Counted from the first letter of the stretch, positions 16,742 through 26,875 are shown. The stretch is 32,000 nt of DNA from Candidatus Heimdallarchaeota archaeon (GCA_030149205.1 JASBSB010000001.1:630001-662000), one strand, 5' to 3'. A program made the numbers and translations. Notes: generated by a model not told the origin, from the letters alone.

Positions 16742-17581
16742 CTAAACAATTGTGAATCTTAACTCACCAATTTCACTTATACCACTGATGATAGAATCAC
16801 CCGGTTGTAGTGTTTTTTTAGGATCCATATAAAATCCCACTCCAGAAGGAGTTCCAGTTAAAACTATATCACCTGGATAAAGAGTAATTGCTTCTGAGAT
16901 AAATTTCAATAGTGTCTCTATGGGGTAGATCATTTGTTTTAGTTTTGCTTGTTGTCTGAGATCACCATTGACTTGCAACCAAATTTCTAATTCCTTGTAA
17001 TCTTTTATCTCCTCTTTTGTTACAATTAAAGGACCAATAGGTAAACTGTTATCAAATGCTTTCCCTCTGGTCCATTGTTTTTCTGATTTTTGTACATCTC
17101 TCATTGTAAGATCATTGGCTACTGTATAGCCAAAAATGCAATCCAAAACATTTGGAGTATCTTTGTTCAGTTCCTTACCAATAACCACAGCGAGTTCAAC
17201 CTCATAATCAAGATGTTCCCCAAAACTCGGTTTTTTTATCTTTGACAAATGGGCTGTCATATTACTTGGATACTTGGAGAACAACAAAGGAGATTCTTCA
17301 GGAGTCTTATTCTGTTCGGTTATATGTTCTAAATAATTCCTTCCAATGCAAATAACTTTACCTGGTTTTGCTACTGGAGGCAACCACTCAAATTCTACTT
17401 GAGATGGTTCTATAGTTTCTATGAAGTTTTCTGTGGATAAAATATCAGATTTATCATAGTATAACTCTGTACCCAGATTATCTCTTAGATTCAAATCAGT
17501 ATTTGATAAATTGAATGTACCATTCTCATTCATTAGAATGTATCTTTCTTTTGAGTCTAATAGTATTCGACCTATCTTCAC
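16742..17581 (-). CDS. Fumarylacetoacetate hydrolase family protein
   Basis: KVICIGRNY, PLLFSK, LDYEVELAVVIGK, GYTVANDLTMRD, WTRGKAFD and PGDIVLTGTPSGVG. Confidence 0.95.
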   Translation of the reverse strand: MKIGRILLDSKERYILMNENGTFNLSNTDLNLRDNLGTELYYDKSDILSTENFIETIEPSQVEFEWLPPVAKPGKVICIGRNYLEHITEQNKTPEESPLLFSKYPSNMTAHLSKIKKPSFGEHLDYEVELAVVIGKELNKDTPNVLDCIFGYTVANDLTMRDVQKSEKQWTRGKAFDNSLPIGPLIVTKEEIKDYKELEIWLQVNGDLRQQAKLKQMIYPIETLLKFISEAITLYPGDIVLTGTPSGVGFYMDPKKTLQPGDSIISGISEIGELRFTIV

Positions 17582-17632
17582 AAATGAGAGAATTACTAAG
17601 GAGATTTAAGGGTTTATTACATGACCCATGAT

Positions 17633-18541
17633 TTAAGTAGAAATTACATGAGGAGCTTGTGTGCTCGGGTTAGTCAATATATATGATAAGTTTTTAGAGG
17701 ATAAAAATGCCTGGACTTGATCAGGATTATTAGGATGGATAACTATGGTTTCTCCTATCATTGCCATCGTAACATGAAACTCCTCAATTTTATGGAGACC
17801 ATCTACAAGTGTTGCAATTCGAGGTGTGCATAACCCACTTTTCATCAGGAAGTTATAAGACTCTTGAAATAAACTGTCAAGTGAAAAATTGATTAAAAGC
17901 CGGTTAATTGCTTCCATTCCTGCTGTGGTTACTTGATCCATCTTCTCCTTAGATTTTAACACGTTGGGTGTTGACAATGAAGCTATGGGTACGAGAAACA
18001 AATTTGCATTTAATGCAAATGACTTAACCTTCCCAATTCCAGGAGCACCTTGTTCGATTCGTAGCTCAAATCCAGGAACAGATTGTGCCAATACAGACCC
18101 TAACCCAGTTTGACAGATAATGTCTGTGATGTGTGCCATTTGTAAAATCTCTATGTCAGAGAGTTGAGTGTCATATAATTGATTTAATGCTAAAAGTGTA
18201 CCGATTGCGCCTGCTCCACTTGTAGAGAGCCCATAGCCTGTGGGAACAGGTGAATTATGATAAACATTGACGGCAGGGTTGATCCTCGTCCTGATCCGAA
18301 ATTGTTTAATTGCCTCTTTTGTTACCTCTCCATTTATAACTTGTTCATTTAGAAAAATTTTCACCTCCTCATTTTTTTTTCTAAGATCAACTGTTGTTTC
18401 CATTCCCAACCCAAAATTTACTCCGGCCCCAAGACTACCCATCTTAAGTGGCTCATTAAATTTTTTTGGCGTTGCAAATATAAAAGTAGCATGAATAGGT
18501 GCCCAAGCAGAAACTTTCTCCACAAGGATGCTAAATAACAC
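17633..18541 (-). CDS. pok: Pantoate kinase (GHMP family)
   Basis: GSLGAGVNF, PVPTGYGLSTSGAG, AH..DIICQTGLGSVLAQ, R..QGAPGIG and MAMIGET. A phosphopantothenate synthetase gene lies nearby. Confidence 0.82.
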   Translation of the reverse strand: MLFSILVEKVSAWAPIHATFIFATPKKFNEPLKMGSLGAGVNFGLGMETTVDLRKKNEEVKIFLNEQVINGEVTKEAIKQFRIRTRINPAVNVYHNSPVPTGYGLSTSGAGAIGTLLALNQLYDTQLSDIEILQMAHITDIICQTGLGSVLAQSVPGFELRIEQGAPGIGKVKSFALNANLFLVPIASLSTPNVLKSKEKMDQVTTAGMEAINRLLINFSLDSLFQESYNFLMKSGLCTPRIATLVDGLHKIEEFHVTMAMIGETIVIHPNNPDQVQAFLSSKNLSYILTNPSTQAPHVIST

Positions 18542-18566
18542 ATTCTTTAAACTTAAAGATTATATC

Positions 18567-19694
18567 TCAACTAGATTCTTTCACTTGAAATTCCATTAAA
18601 CAATATATATCCCTCTTACCTGCTTCAAAGTAGCTAGAAAACTCATATTCTTTTCCTGTGAATGTGGATAGAACGCCTTCATATATCCCCATTGCAAAAT
18701 CACAGATTGCTCTGTTCGCTGGAATGCATTTGTCTCCGGGACTAAGATTACAGAGTGACATTGCTTTTATATCTCGAACCATAGTAAGAGTCTCGGATTC
18801 TATAATTTCCTGACTCAGGATATCTTCTGGATTCTCTCCGAAAGACTCTTTTATAGAGGTTGAAAGGAAACGACCAACCATGTTTCCAACTAATTTAATC
18901 TCTCTATTTGCCTCTGTGGATTTTTCTATTAGAAATTCAGTCAGGGTCAAAACATTGGTCATAATGTCAGTTGATGATTGCTCATCAAGTGGGTTGATTT
19001 CATACCAAGATTTGCTGAATTCAACAAGAACCTCTTGCAACTGTAAAAAGAGAGTGGATTGTGGCAGTTTAGAATTTACTATTGGGAGTAAAAATTGAGT
19101 CACATCAATTTTTTGAGAGGATGTTGAATGTGTAGGAACTTCAACACTTTGATTTTGTATTGGGGGAGTTTGTGGTTGTCTAACATCTGCAGACTTAGAA
19201 ACAACTTTGTCCTTCGATGTCCGACCACTTTTCAGTCCAGATTCTATTGCTTTCACCTCAACAGTGTACGCAGGACCAGTGTTAAAGTCAACTGTTACCA
19301 GTGCATCTACCTCTCTATCTAAAAGATGATACCCCACTGCTTTAGAAACAGCTTTAACAAGTAACCTAATACCTTCCGATGAAGCGTCTGTTTGATCCAA
19401 GTGGCGATTGTTTCCTAATATTATTTCCAGATGATTTGCAGATTTTGTTCTTATCTGCACGTTTTTCCAGCCTAGAGTTGCTAGGAACGTTTGAACTTGC
19501 TCGTTTATGGAAAGCCCTCTTGAGGGGATAAAGAGATTTTTAATGATGGGGACAGTCACATCAAGAAAGCGGTTTGCTTCATCTTCTGCTCTTACAACAT
19601 CCTCTGCCAGATACTGAAGCATTCGTAAAAGTATCCGGATAGTTTGGCTAGATTGTGCCTTTTCGGAACCTGTTCTTGTCCAAATATTTAACAT
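18567..19694 (-). CDS. Protein with two V4R/TRAPP-Bet3-like domains joined by a low-complexity linker
   Basis: C-terminal CNL...ICDFAMGIYEGVLSTFTG...YCLMEFQV is V4R-like. N-terminal FLATLGWKNV...LEIILG...VSKAVGYHL has a similar pattern. Confidence 0.55.
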   Translation of the reverse strand: MLNIWTRTGSEKAQSSQTIRILLRMLQYLAEDVVRAEDEANRFLDVTVPIIKNLFIPSRGLSINEQVQTFLATLGWKNVQIRTKSANHLEIILGNNRHLDQTDASSEGIRLLVKAVSKAVGYHLLDREVDALVTVDFNTGPAYTVEVKAIESGLKSGRTSKDKVVSKSADVRQPQTPPIQNQSVEVPTHSTSSQKIDVTQFLLPIVNSKLPQSTLFLQLQEVLVEFSKSWYEINPLDEQSSTDIMTNVLTLTEFLIEKSTEANREIKLVGNMVGRFLSTSIKESFGENPEDILSQEIIESETLTMVRDIKAMSLCNLSPGDKCIPANRAICDFAMGIYEGVLSTFTGKEYEFSSYFEAGKRDIYCLMEFQVKESS

Positions 19695-19859
19695 GATATT
19701 TTTGTCCTCGTTTAATAAATTTCACTCATAACTGATATAAAACACTCGGTTAAACCATTGAATATTTGATGGATTTCCATTCTACAAGAGTAGATTTTAT
19801 CCAACCATGGTTTATCCAACCCCCACAAAATTTTAAACAGATAGTTAATTCTTTACCCT

Positions 19860-21167
19860 ATGGACTCATATAATCAGATGTTACCTGCAATCCATGAATG
19901 GCTAAGATTCAACGGATACTATTACCATGTTCCGGGTATTTCCTATGCAATTGAATTTGATGGAAAACTACTGACCTCAAGAGCTGTTGGAATGGCTAAC
20001 CTCAAAGAAAATAAACTTATGAACACCGAGACTAGGTTTAGAGTGGCATCCCATTCGAAGCTCTTTACTGCAACCGCAATAATGGAACTATATGCTGAAG
20101 ATAAATTATCAATAGATGATAGAGTCTCAAAACATCTCAGTTGGTTCAAGCCCAAAAACAGAAATATTAGGATCAGGCACCTTCTAACTCACAGTAGTGG
20201 GATTACAAGAGACACAGAGTATGGACAATGGGAACACCATAATTTTCCGGATCTAGAGACCTTTAAATCTCTTTTAAATGACAAATTTGAAATTCTAGAC
20301 CTCGCCTCTGAGATCAAATATTCAAACATAGGATACACTCTTCTTGGATTGATCATTGAAAAGGTGAGTGGATTGACATATGAGAACTACATGATAGACC
20401 TATGTACAAGATTAAACCTAACACACACTACACCAAGCCTAGGAGACACCGAAAAGTTACACGCAACTGGGTATAAGATGTATATGCCAAATGAACCTAG
20501 AGAACCATTACCACATGTGGAAGCAAAGGTTATGAATGCTGCAACAGGATTCTCCAGTGTCCCCACAGATATGCTTAGGTTTTTACACGCATTAATGCCA
20601 GAAACAGAAAGTCAACTAAAACTTGATGATTATTATAAAAGGGAGATGCAAAACGTCCAATTCTCTCATCAGGATAATGTTAAATGGGGTTTTGGCCTTT
20701 CAATCTCGAAGATCGATAATACAAAGTTTGTGGGTCATGGAGGAGGATACCCTGGTTTTATAACTTATTCAGCAATCTCACCTGAGAACAAACTAGCAGC
20801 CGCAGTATATACGAATACATTAAATCCTCCAGAATTATTTGGTGGAGTTATTGGACTTTTAAATTATGCAGATAAGAATTATGATAAATATTCTGGAAAG
20901 AATAGAGACCTTTCCAAATATGTTGGAGTGTACAGAGGTAGATGGAGGATGTTATACATCGGACAATTAAATCAACAATTAATCAGTGTTCCATTGTCCA
21001 ACTTAAACCCCATACCTTATATTGAGAGGTTGGAACCAACTGAGGAAGACACATTTATAATTAAAGAGGCAACCCCCTTAGCTTCTAAAGGCCAACCAGT
21101 TAAATTTTTAGATGGAGAGCTGCATGTAGGTGGCTCAATTTATAGAAGGTATGAATATAATTATTAA
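19860..21167 (+). CDS. Serine hydrolase, beta-lactamase class C / PBP family
   Basis: FRVASHSKLFTA (SxxK), LLTHSSG, YSNIGY (YxN) and GHGGGYPGF. Confidence 0.92.
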   Translation: MDSYNQMLPAIHEWLRFNGYYYHVPGISYAIEFDGKLLTSRAVGMANLKENKLMNTETRFRVASHSKLFTATAIMELYAEDKLSIDDRVSKHLSWFKPKNRNIRIRHLLTHSSGITRDTEYGQWEHHNFPDLETFKSLLNDKFEILDLASEIKYSNIGYTLLGLIIEKVSGLTYENYMIDLCTRLNLTHTTPSLGDTEKLHATGYKMYMPNEPREPLPHVEAKVMNAATGFSSVPTDMLRFLHALMPETESQLKLDDYYKREMQNVQFSHQDNVKWGFGLSISKIDNTKFVGHGGGYPGFITYSAISPENKLAAAVYTNTLNPPELFGGVIGLLNYADKNYDKYSGKNRDLSKYVGVYRGRWRMLYIGQLNQQLISVPLSNLNPIPYIERLEPTEEDTFIIKEATPLASKGQPVKFLDGELHVGGSIYRRYEYNY

Positions 21168-21306
21168 GTTAAGGAGATTTTACAATTAATATTTAATAGA
21201 GTAATCAGATATGTTCGTATCTCGGTCATTTCTGATCAGAAGAAATATGCTACATTGATATAGAAATATAGAAGAAGTTAAACTATGTAAGGATGATGAG
21301 TGCTTA

Positions 21307-22050
21307 TTGATTCCAAATTCTCATCCAAGAGCAGCATCATTGAACATTCGACATAAAATAATTGAGGGTATGCACAAACATATTGTTGCAGAATCTGGGT
21401 TAATAGCCCATGGTAGAGGAGAAGCTTTTGATTATTTACTAGGTGAGCAGACACATCACTTTGCGTTGGCAGCTATCGAGGCAGCTGCTGCGATGATTAA
21501 ACTTAGCACACATCCAATCATCTCAGTCAATGGAAATGTCTCCATATTATGTCCTAAGGAGATGGTTGAATTCTCTAAACTCTCTGAGGCAAAATTAGAG
21601 ATAAACCTTTTTTATAGAAGACCTGAAAGATATGAAGCCATCAAGTCTCACCTAGAAACTTTTGGTGCGGACGAGATTTTAGGTATAGAAGAAGATGCAC
21701 AGGTTGAATTAGATGGGTTAGAGTCATATAGAAGAATTGTTGATAAGGAGGGTATTTATATCGCTGACACTGTTTTTGTACCATTAGAAGATGGTGATCG
21801 AACTGAGACACTCAAACGATTGAATAAGAACGTTATTACTGTGGATTTAAACCCGCTTTCCAGAACCTCACTTAACGCTGATATTACAATAGTGGATAAT
21901 ATTATCAGGGTGTTTCCCCTCCTTCAGAACTTTTACAAAGATATGGAGGCAGATAGTGCACGAGATATACTCTCTAAATATAATAATAAGGCAGTGTTAA
22001 ATCAGGCCATGGAGACTATGAGTACAGAATGGAAAAAAAAATTGAATTAA
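21307..22050 (+). CDS. pps: 4-phosphopantoate-beta-alanine ligase (archaeal phosphopantothenate synthetase)
   Basis: IPNSHPRAASL, GLIAHGRGEAFDYLLGE, ISVNGN, VPLEDGDRTE and DLNPLSRT. Confidence 0.93.
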   Translation: MIPNSHPRAASLNIRHKIIEGMHKHIVAESGLIAHGRGEAFDYLLGEQTHHFALAAIEAAAAMIKLSTHPIISVNGNVSILCPKEMVEFSKLSEAKLEINLFYRRPERYEAIKSHLETFGADEILGIEEDAQVELDGLESYRRIVDKEGIYIADTVFVPLEDGDRTETLKRLNKNVITVDLNPLSRTSLNADITIVDNIIRVFPLLQNFYKDMEADSARDILSKYNNKAVLNQAMETMSTEWKKKLN

Positions 22051-22061
22051 TAATATAATTT

Positions 22062-24032
22062 TTAATCCTCTAGATCATTTAACCAAAATTCAGGAGAAAT
22101 ATCACTTGGTAGTCTCCAATCTGTTCGAGGGGAGAGTGTGATATCAGTCACCTTTGGCCCATCAGGCATTGCTGTTCTTTTAAATTGATTTTTAAAGAAC
22201 CTGTCTAAGAACAACCGAAGCCAGTCTTTCAATATTTTATCACTATACTTGTCCTCAAAAGCAATTTTTGCCAGAAATAAGATCTTGGATGGGCTATACC
22301 AATTTTTGACAAAATGATACAAGAAGAAATCATGAACTTCGTAAGGTCCTAAGGTTGCCTCAGTAATCTGAGAGATTTCTCCATTCTTGTGGGGTGGTCT
22401 AAGCTCAGGACTGATCGGGGTCTTTAGTATCTTTCCTAATATCGGCTTAAGTTTCTTAGGTGCTTTGTTTAATTCATACCAGTTTATGATTACCTGAAGC
22501 ATGGTTTTTGGAACGCTAGAGTTTACTGCGTAAGAACTTATCTGGTCACCTGCATAAGTCATCCAGCCAAGCGCTATCTCTGATAAATCACCTGTTCCCA
22601 CTAACAAACCTTTGATCTGATTTGCCTTGTTAAAAGCCAACTGGTATCTCATTCTCGCTTGAGTGTTCTCGTATGTCAAATCTATGGTACCGTCATGATG
22701 TAGGAGGTTAAGTTCATTTTGGACAATTTCCTCAAGGTTGATAATTTCATAAGGCACATCTAGTGATTCACAAAGTTCTTTTGATTGGCTGAAGGTTACC
22801 TCAGAAGTGCCGAATGAAGGCATTAAGAGGACATATATGTCCCTTTTAGATTTCCCAATTATTTGTAATGACCGACAGGCTACCAATAAGGTATGAGTTG
22901 AATCTAAACCACCAGATACTGCAACAACAAGTTTCTCAGCATGTGCTCGAACGATTCTTTGTGCTAACCCCTGAGACTGAAGTTCGAATATCTCTGAGCA
23001 GGTTTGTGAGATATCATACAATAAATTTTGATCCTTTGATTTAAAGTAATCAAACACAGATTTAATTTCTGGATGAAATGGGAAATAAGGGTATGGATTT
23101 ACCTTTCGGATGGTTTTATTAAGATTTCTGAGTGGAAAATATACTTGAACTTTGGGTATGTTAAGCTTATGACGTGTGATTGATTGATTCCAAGTGGTGT
23201 TTCTAATTCTTAAAGAATTGATTAACTCAAAGTCAACATCTTCTGTGAGCAGACTCACATTGGAAAAAGGAAGAGCCTCGTTTAGCATGACACCATTTTC
23301 ATAAATGAGGCTATGACCACTAAAAATTATATCTGAAGTAGACTCACCAATTCCAGCTGAAACAAAGCAGTATATTGAGAGGGTTTTTCTCGAGTGTTCA
23401 TTTATTAACCTCCTCCTATGGTCTCTTTTACCTACGATGTCATTGGAGGCAGAGAGATTGAATATAATTGATGCCCCTGATAAAGCAAGATAGTTACTCG
23501 GAGGGATTGGTGACCAAAGATCTTCACAAATCTCAACTCCAAATGTGAAATTGCCCGTCTGAAATATCAACGATCCAAATTGAATTGAACAATTTAGTTC
23601 TGGAAAATAAATTTCACGGGTATGATTTGGAGCATTTGAAAAATATATTTGCTCCTTAAATTCATCATAGTTTGGCAAGTACGTTTTCGGGACAATCCCA
23701 AGTATTTTACCATTAGAGACCACAAAAGAACAATTAAAAAGTTCATGTATCTCAACAAGTGGTGACCCAAAAATTATAATTAGATCAGGAAATTGGGATG
23801 AATACTCAACTAACTCCAGAATAGCCTCTCGTGACTGTTTTTGGAGGTATGATTGATGAAAAAGCTCATTACATGTATATCCAGTCAAAGATAGCTCAGG
23901 GAAGACTATGAAATGTGCACCTTCCCCTTCTGCCTCTTCTATAAGCTTTTTATGCTCCTGAAGGTTTCTTTTGACATCACTTACATATATTAATGGTCTA
24001 GCAAGAGTTATCCTTGCATATTGTGGCTCCAT
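22062..24032 (-). CDS. nadE: Glutamine-dependent NAD+ synthetase (nitrilase plus synthetase domains)
   Basis: FPELSLTGY, PKTYLPNY.EF.E, EICEDLW (E-K-C triad), SGGLDST, ENTQARMR, GTGDLSE and FKRTAMPDGPKV. Confidence 0.95.
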   Translation of the reverse strand: MEPQYARITLARPLIYVSDVKRNLQEHKKLIEEAEGEGAHFIVFPELSLTGYTCNELFHQSYLQKQSREAILELVEYSSQFPDLIIIFGSPLVEIHELFNCSFVVSNGKILGIVPKTYLPNYDEFKEQIYFSNAPNHTREIYFPELNCSIQFGSLIFQTGNFTFGVEICEDLWSPIPPSNYLALSGASIIFNLSASNDIVGKRDHRRRLINEHSRKTLSIYCFVSAGIGESTSDIIFSGHSLIYENGVMLNEALPFSNVSLLTEDVDFELINSLRIRNTTWNQSITRHKLNIPKVQVYFPLRNLNKTIRKVNPYPYFPFHPEIKSVFDYFKSKDQNLLYDISQTCSEIFELQSQGLAQRIVRAHAEKLVVAVSGGLDSTHTLLVACRSLQIIGKSKRDIYVLLMPSFGTSEVTFSQSKELCESLDVPYEIINLEEIVQNELNLLHHDGTIDLTYENTQARMRYQLAFNKANQIKGLLVGTGDLSEIALGWMTYAGDQISSYAVNSSVPKTMLQVIINWYELNKAPKKLKPILGKILKTPISPELRPPHKNGEISQITEATLGPYEVHDFFLYHFVKNWYSPSKILFLAKIAFEDKYSDKILKDWLRLFLDRFFKNQFKRTAMPDGPKVTDITLSPRTDWRLPSDISPEFWLNDLED

Positions 24033-24067
24033 AAGCTAAAATAACTTTATTAGCTAATTAATTAAAG

Positions 24068-24793
24068 TTAGCTATTAGAAGCATAAAGACTGTAGGTGTT
24101 TACTAATTCTAAGGGCAAAGTTTCCTTAATTTTCATGGATATGCACTCAGACTGGTCATACAGAAACACATTTTCAAATTTCTCCCGAAATACAACTTCT
24201 TTAATAAGTTCTGCTAAAATGGTTCCCTCCTTCATGCTTGGAAGCACCGAAAAGGAAAATAAGAGTAATGTATCGTTGATTTTAACCGATAACATTGAAC
24301 AATAGACATTTTCATTAAAATCCTCAATTATCCAATATTTTGAGGGAAATAAATGTAAAACTGCTCTGGGAATCTTTTGGAACTCTAACCTATCCTCTCT
24401 GGAAATATTGTTATAATCTGAAATCAGGTTAATTTGCTCATAAACCCTTTGGGATGAGTGAGATTTTGAATCATATGAGAAAAAATTGAAATTAAATCCA
24501 TCCGCAGGTAAACCTATTTCTCCAGTTAGATGGTAAATTGAAAATTTGCTTGATAATTGTTTTAAATTTCTAGGATTGGTTGATTCGTTGTCAATGAAGA
24601 GATCAAAATTTAGTTCAACATCTGTCTCTTTGACTTGAGGGGAAACGATTACAAAATCTGAAGGGAGTGTCTTCATTTGGTTCGAGTGATAAAAGTGAAA
24701 CCCACTGGGTAATTCTTCAAAGTGAAGGTTGGTCATTGCTTCACCAATTGATTTGTAAAAATTTTTTAAGAGTTCAAAACCCTGTTCCTTCAA
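24068..24793 (-). CDS. Hypothetical protein, possibly a degenerate GNAT fold at the C-terminus
   Basis: Long ORF in an otherwise empty interval. FSVLPSMKEGTILAELIKE weakly resembles GNAT motif A. Confidence 0.45.
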   Translation of the reverse strand: MKEQGFELLKNFYKSIGEAMTNLHFEELPSGFHFYHSNQMKTLPSDFVIVSPQVKETDVELNFDLFIDNESTNPRNLKQLSSKFSIYHLTGEIGLPADGFNFNFFSYDSKSHSSQRVYEQINLISDYNNISREDRLEFQKIPRAVLHLFPSKYWIIEDFNENVYCSMLSVKINDTLLLFSFSVLPSMKEGTILAELIKEVVFREKFENVFLYDQSECISMKIKETLPLELVNTYSLYASNS

Positions 24794-24902
24794 TAACTGA
24801 GAATTGATTTTTTACTCTTAAGCTTAATTCTTCAAGACTAAAATTCCTCTTAAGTTCAAATTGCAAACTAGCATTTAATTATGAGATAACTTAGTAAGTT
24901 TT

Positions 24903-25589
24903 GTGGACAAGGTGAATATCCCAGAGTGGTTAAATGAATTGGATACACATTCCACAAACAGATTCATTAATATCTTACAAGAATTTAACAGTAGCAAATT
25001 AGATTTTGATGATTTCAAATCAAAAAATATTAACGATTTTCTAAAACTAAAGTTACCAACAAGTTTATCCTTAAATGAATTGCTTATTCTTGCTCTTAAA
25101 TCAGGGATTGAACCAGAACAGGTGGTTAAGCTAATTTCATGGAAGCAGTTCGAAAGTTTAACTGCAGCTATATTAAATTATCAAGGATGGGAAACACAAC
25201 AAAACATTAAGTTCAGATCACCCACCAAATTTAATTCCTGGTTGGAGTTTGATGTCATAGCTTCAAAGGTTGATTATGAAACAGTGTTATTTATTGATTG
25301 TAAACGCTACCAATCACCAGCACCGAATATTGTAAATAAGGCAGCAACCAGACAAAAAGAAAGGCTTGGGTTACTTTTTACCAAACTTCCAGAATTAAGT
25401 TATGACTCTAGGTTTTACTGGCTTAAGAAAAAAAAAGGGAGATTACTACCCCTGCTATTAACATGGAGAGATCATCAAATAAAATTGAAAGATGATGTAG
25501 CAATAGTTCCAATCGCTAAATTCTCTGATTTTTTGAAAAATTTACAAAAGTATCGTGAATTTCTTTACCAAATCACATTTGATCTGTAA
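24903..25589 (+). CDS. Mrr-like PD-(D/E)xK nuclease-fold protein
   Basis: ISWKQFESLTAAIL...GW, LEFDVIA and LFIDCKRY form the E...D...(D/E)xK pattern. Confidence 0.72.
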   Translation: MDKVNIPEWLNELDTHSTNRFINILQEFNSSKLDFDDFKSKNINDFLKLKLPTSLSLNELLILALKSGIEPEQVVKLISWKQFESLTAAILNYQGWETQQNIKFRSPTKFNSWLEFDVIASKVDYETVLFIDCKRYQSPAPNIVNKAATRQKERLGLLFTKLPELSYDSRFYWLKKKKGRLLPLLLTWRDHQIKLKDDVAIVPIAKFSDFLKNLQKYREFLYQITFDL

Positions 25590-26304
25590 GAATTGTGACT
25601 GTGGTGTCAGATCCAATTCCATCGAGCTTGACAAGTCCCTCCTTTTCGAGTAGCTTTACGAGGTCTTGACTAGCGGCAAAGTTTCTTCCAGATTGCATTG
25701 CTAGCTTTCTCACGGAAATTGTTTTCTGATCATTCAAAACTCTCCAGAGGTCATACACATCAGCGGCTTCTGCAAGGACTCTTAAGACTTTAGCCTCTTT
25801 CTTTACAGAGTCAAGGTCTCCAGCCTCACTCAGTTTCATTTTTTGTTCTTCTAATTCAGCTTTGAGACTCTGGTTTTCTGAACGCAATGTTGCAAGTTGC
25901 TCGGTAAGAGAGGATACCTGTGCAGCTTTTTGTTTGTATTCTTCCAGTTCAGCCTTTTTTGCCTCGATTTGCCTGGTTAGATCATCAGTTTTGGATTTAC
26001 TTGAAGAGTTTTCAGCAGAAAGGGATTGCAATTTTTCTTCAAGGTTGGAAACTTTATCATTTAATGCTTTCATCTGAGCAACTTTTGCTTCTAATTCTGC
26101 AGTAGATGCTTTCAACGAAGAAACCTCAGATTCTTTGGCGGACAATTGAGCATTCAGTTCAGAAACCTTGGCATTTCCCGCAGCTAGTTTTTCTTCTAAA
26201 TTTGAAAGCTTTTGCTTAAGTTGTGACAATTCTTCTTCTTTAAGCTTAAGTTGTTCGGAATTATTGTTCATATCTGTAGATGGTTTTGGAACCTCTTCTG
26301 CCAT
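25573..26304 (-). CDS. Coiled-coil protein with a C-terminal winged helix
   Basis: About 160 aa of heptads (SNLEEKL occurs twice), then LWRVLNDQKTISVRKLAMQSG...LVKLLEKEGLVKL. Confidence 0.7.
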   Translation of the reverse strand: MAEEVPKPSTDMNNNSEQLKLKEEELSQLKQKLSNLEEKLAAGNAKVSELNAQLSAKESEVSSLKASTAELEAKVAQMKALNDKVSNLEEKLQSLSAENSSSKSKTDDLTRQIEAKKAELEEYKQKAAQVSSLTEQLATLRSENQSLKAELEEQKMKLSEAGDLDSVKKEAKVLRVLAEAADVYDLWRVLNDQKTISVRKLAMQSGRNFAASQDLVKLLEKEGLVKLDGIGSDTTVTILTDQM

Positions 26305-26388
26305 GATTAAAACTAATGTAGCTATCTTTTAAAAAGAGTGTGGTTTTTTTATTCTTATTTATCGAAAAAATCTTATGATTCTTGAACA

Positions 26389-26865
26389 TCATAACAGAAG
26401 CTCTAACGCGAAATCAGCTGTGTTTTTTAATGAAACTGAGAATCCGGGGTCAAACCCTATGATTCCTGTCTTTAACCCTTTTTCTTTGACCTTCATTAAA
26501 ATGGGACCGCATCGTGCATCACGACTTGCAATCATAAGTACATCACAATTTTTTCTCTTGGCTATGTTCAAGGAAAGTAAACCAATTTCAAGATAAACAT
26601 CCTCTGTTGTATGAATCGGTGTATAGCCACTGTTTATAACTGCTTGAATTAAACTTTCACTGGCAAACCTGTTTAAGACAACATATTTTTCTGATAATGA
26701 CCCAAGTTTTGAGGCTGCTTCCTCAATATCTTCCAATTTAATTTGGTTAAATTTGGTTTTACGAAGCATATTTGGGCCATCAATAATTATACTGACAGTA
26801 GATTGCCTTTTAAAAAAATTTTTGAGAACCTTTAATTTCCCGGATGAGATAGGTAAATTACTCAC
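26389..26865 (-). CDS. NYN/PIN-like domain protein (TIGR00288-like)
   Basis: IIIDGPNMLRK, YVVLN, AVINSGY.P, ASRDA, KEKGLKT..IG.DPGFS.SLKNTAD. Confidence 0.8.
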   Translation of the reverse strand: MSNLPISSGKLKVLKNFFKRQSTVSIIIDGPNMLRKTKFNQIKLEDIEEAASKLGSLSEKYVVLNRFASESLIQAVINSGYTPIHTTEDVYLEIGLLSLNIAKRKNCDVLMIASRDARCGPILMKVKEKGLKTGIIGFDPGFSVSLKNTADFALELLL

Positions 26866-26875
26866 TCTGCTTCCT

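Noticed and set aside
19798-19819. TTATCCA as a DnaA box or replication origin
   Set aside because: The sequence is TTATCCAAC rather than TTATCCACA, the context is archaeal, and no cdc6/orc1 gene or ORB repeats are nearby.
19860-21167. Antibiotic-resistance beta-lactamase
   Set aside because: SxxK/YxN/HxG motifs are shared by many esterases and peptidases of this family, so resistance cannot be inferred from sequence.
21200-21245. AGATA-TGTTCG-TATCT hairpin resembling a tRNA T-arm
   Set aside because: No cloverleaf can be built, and the region is too AT-rich for a tRNA.
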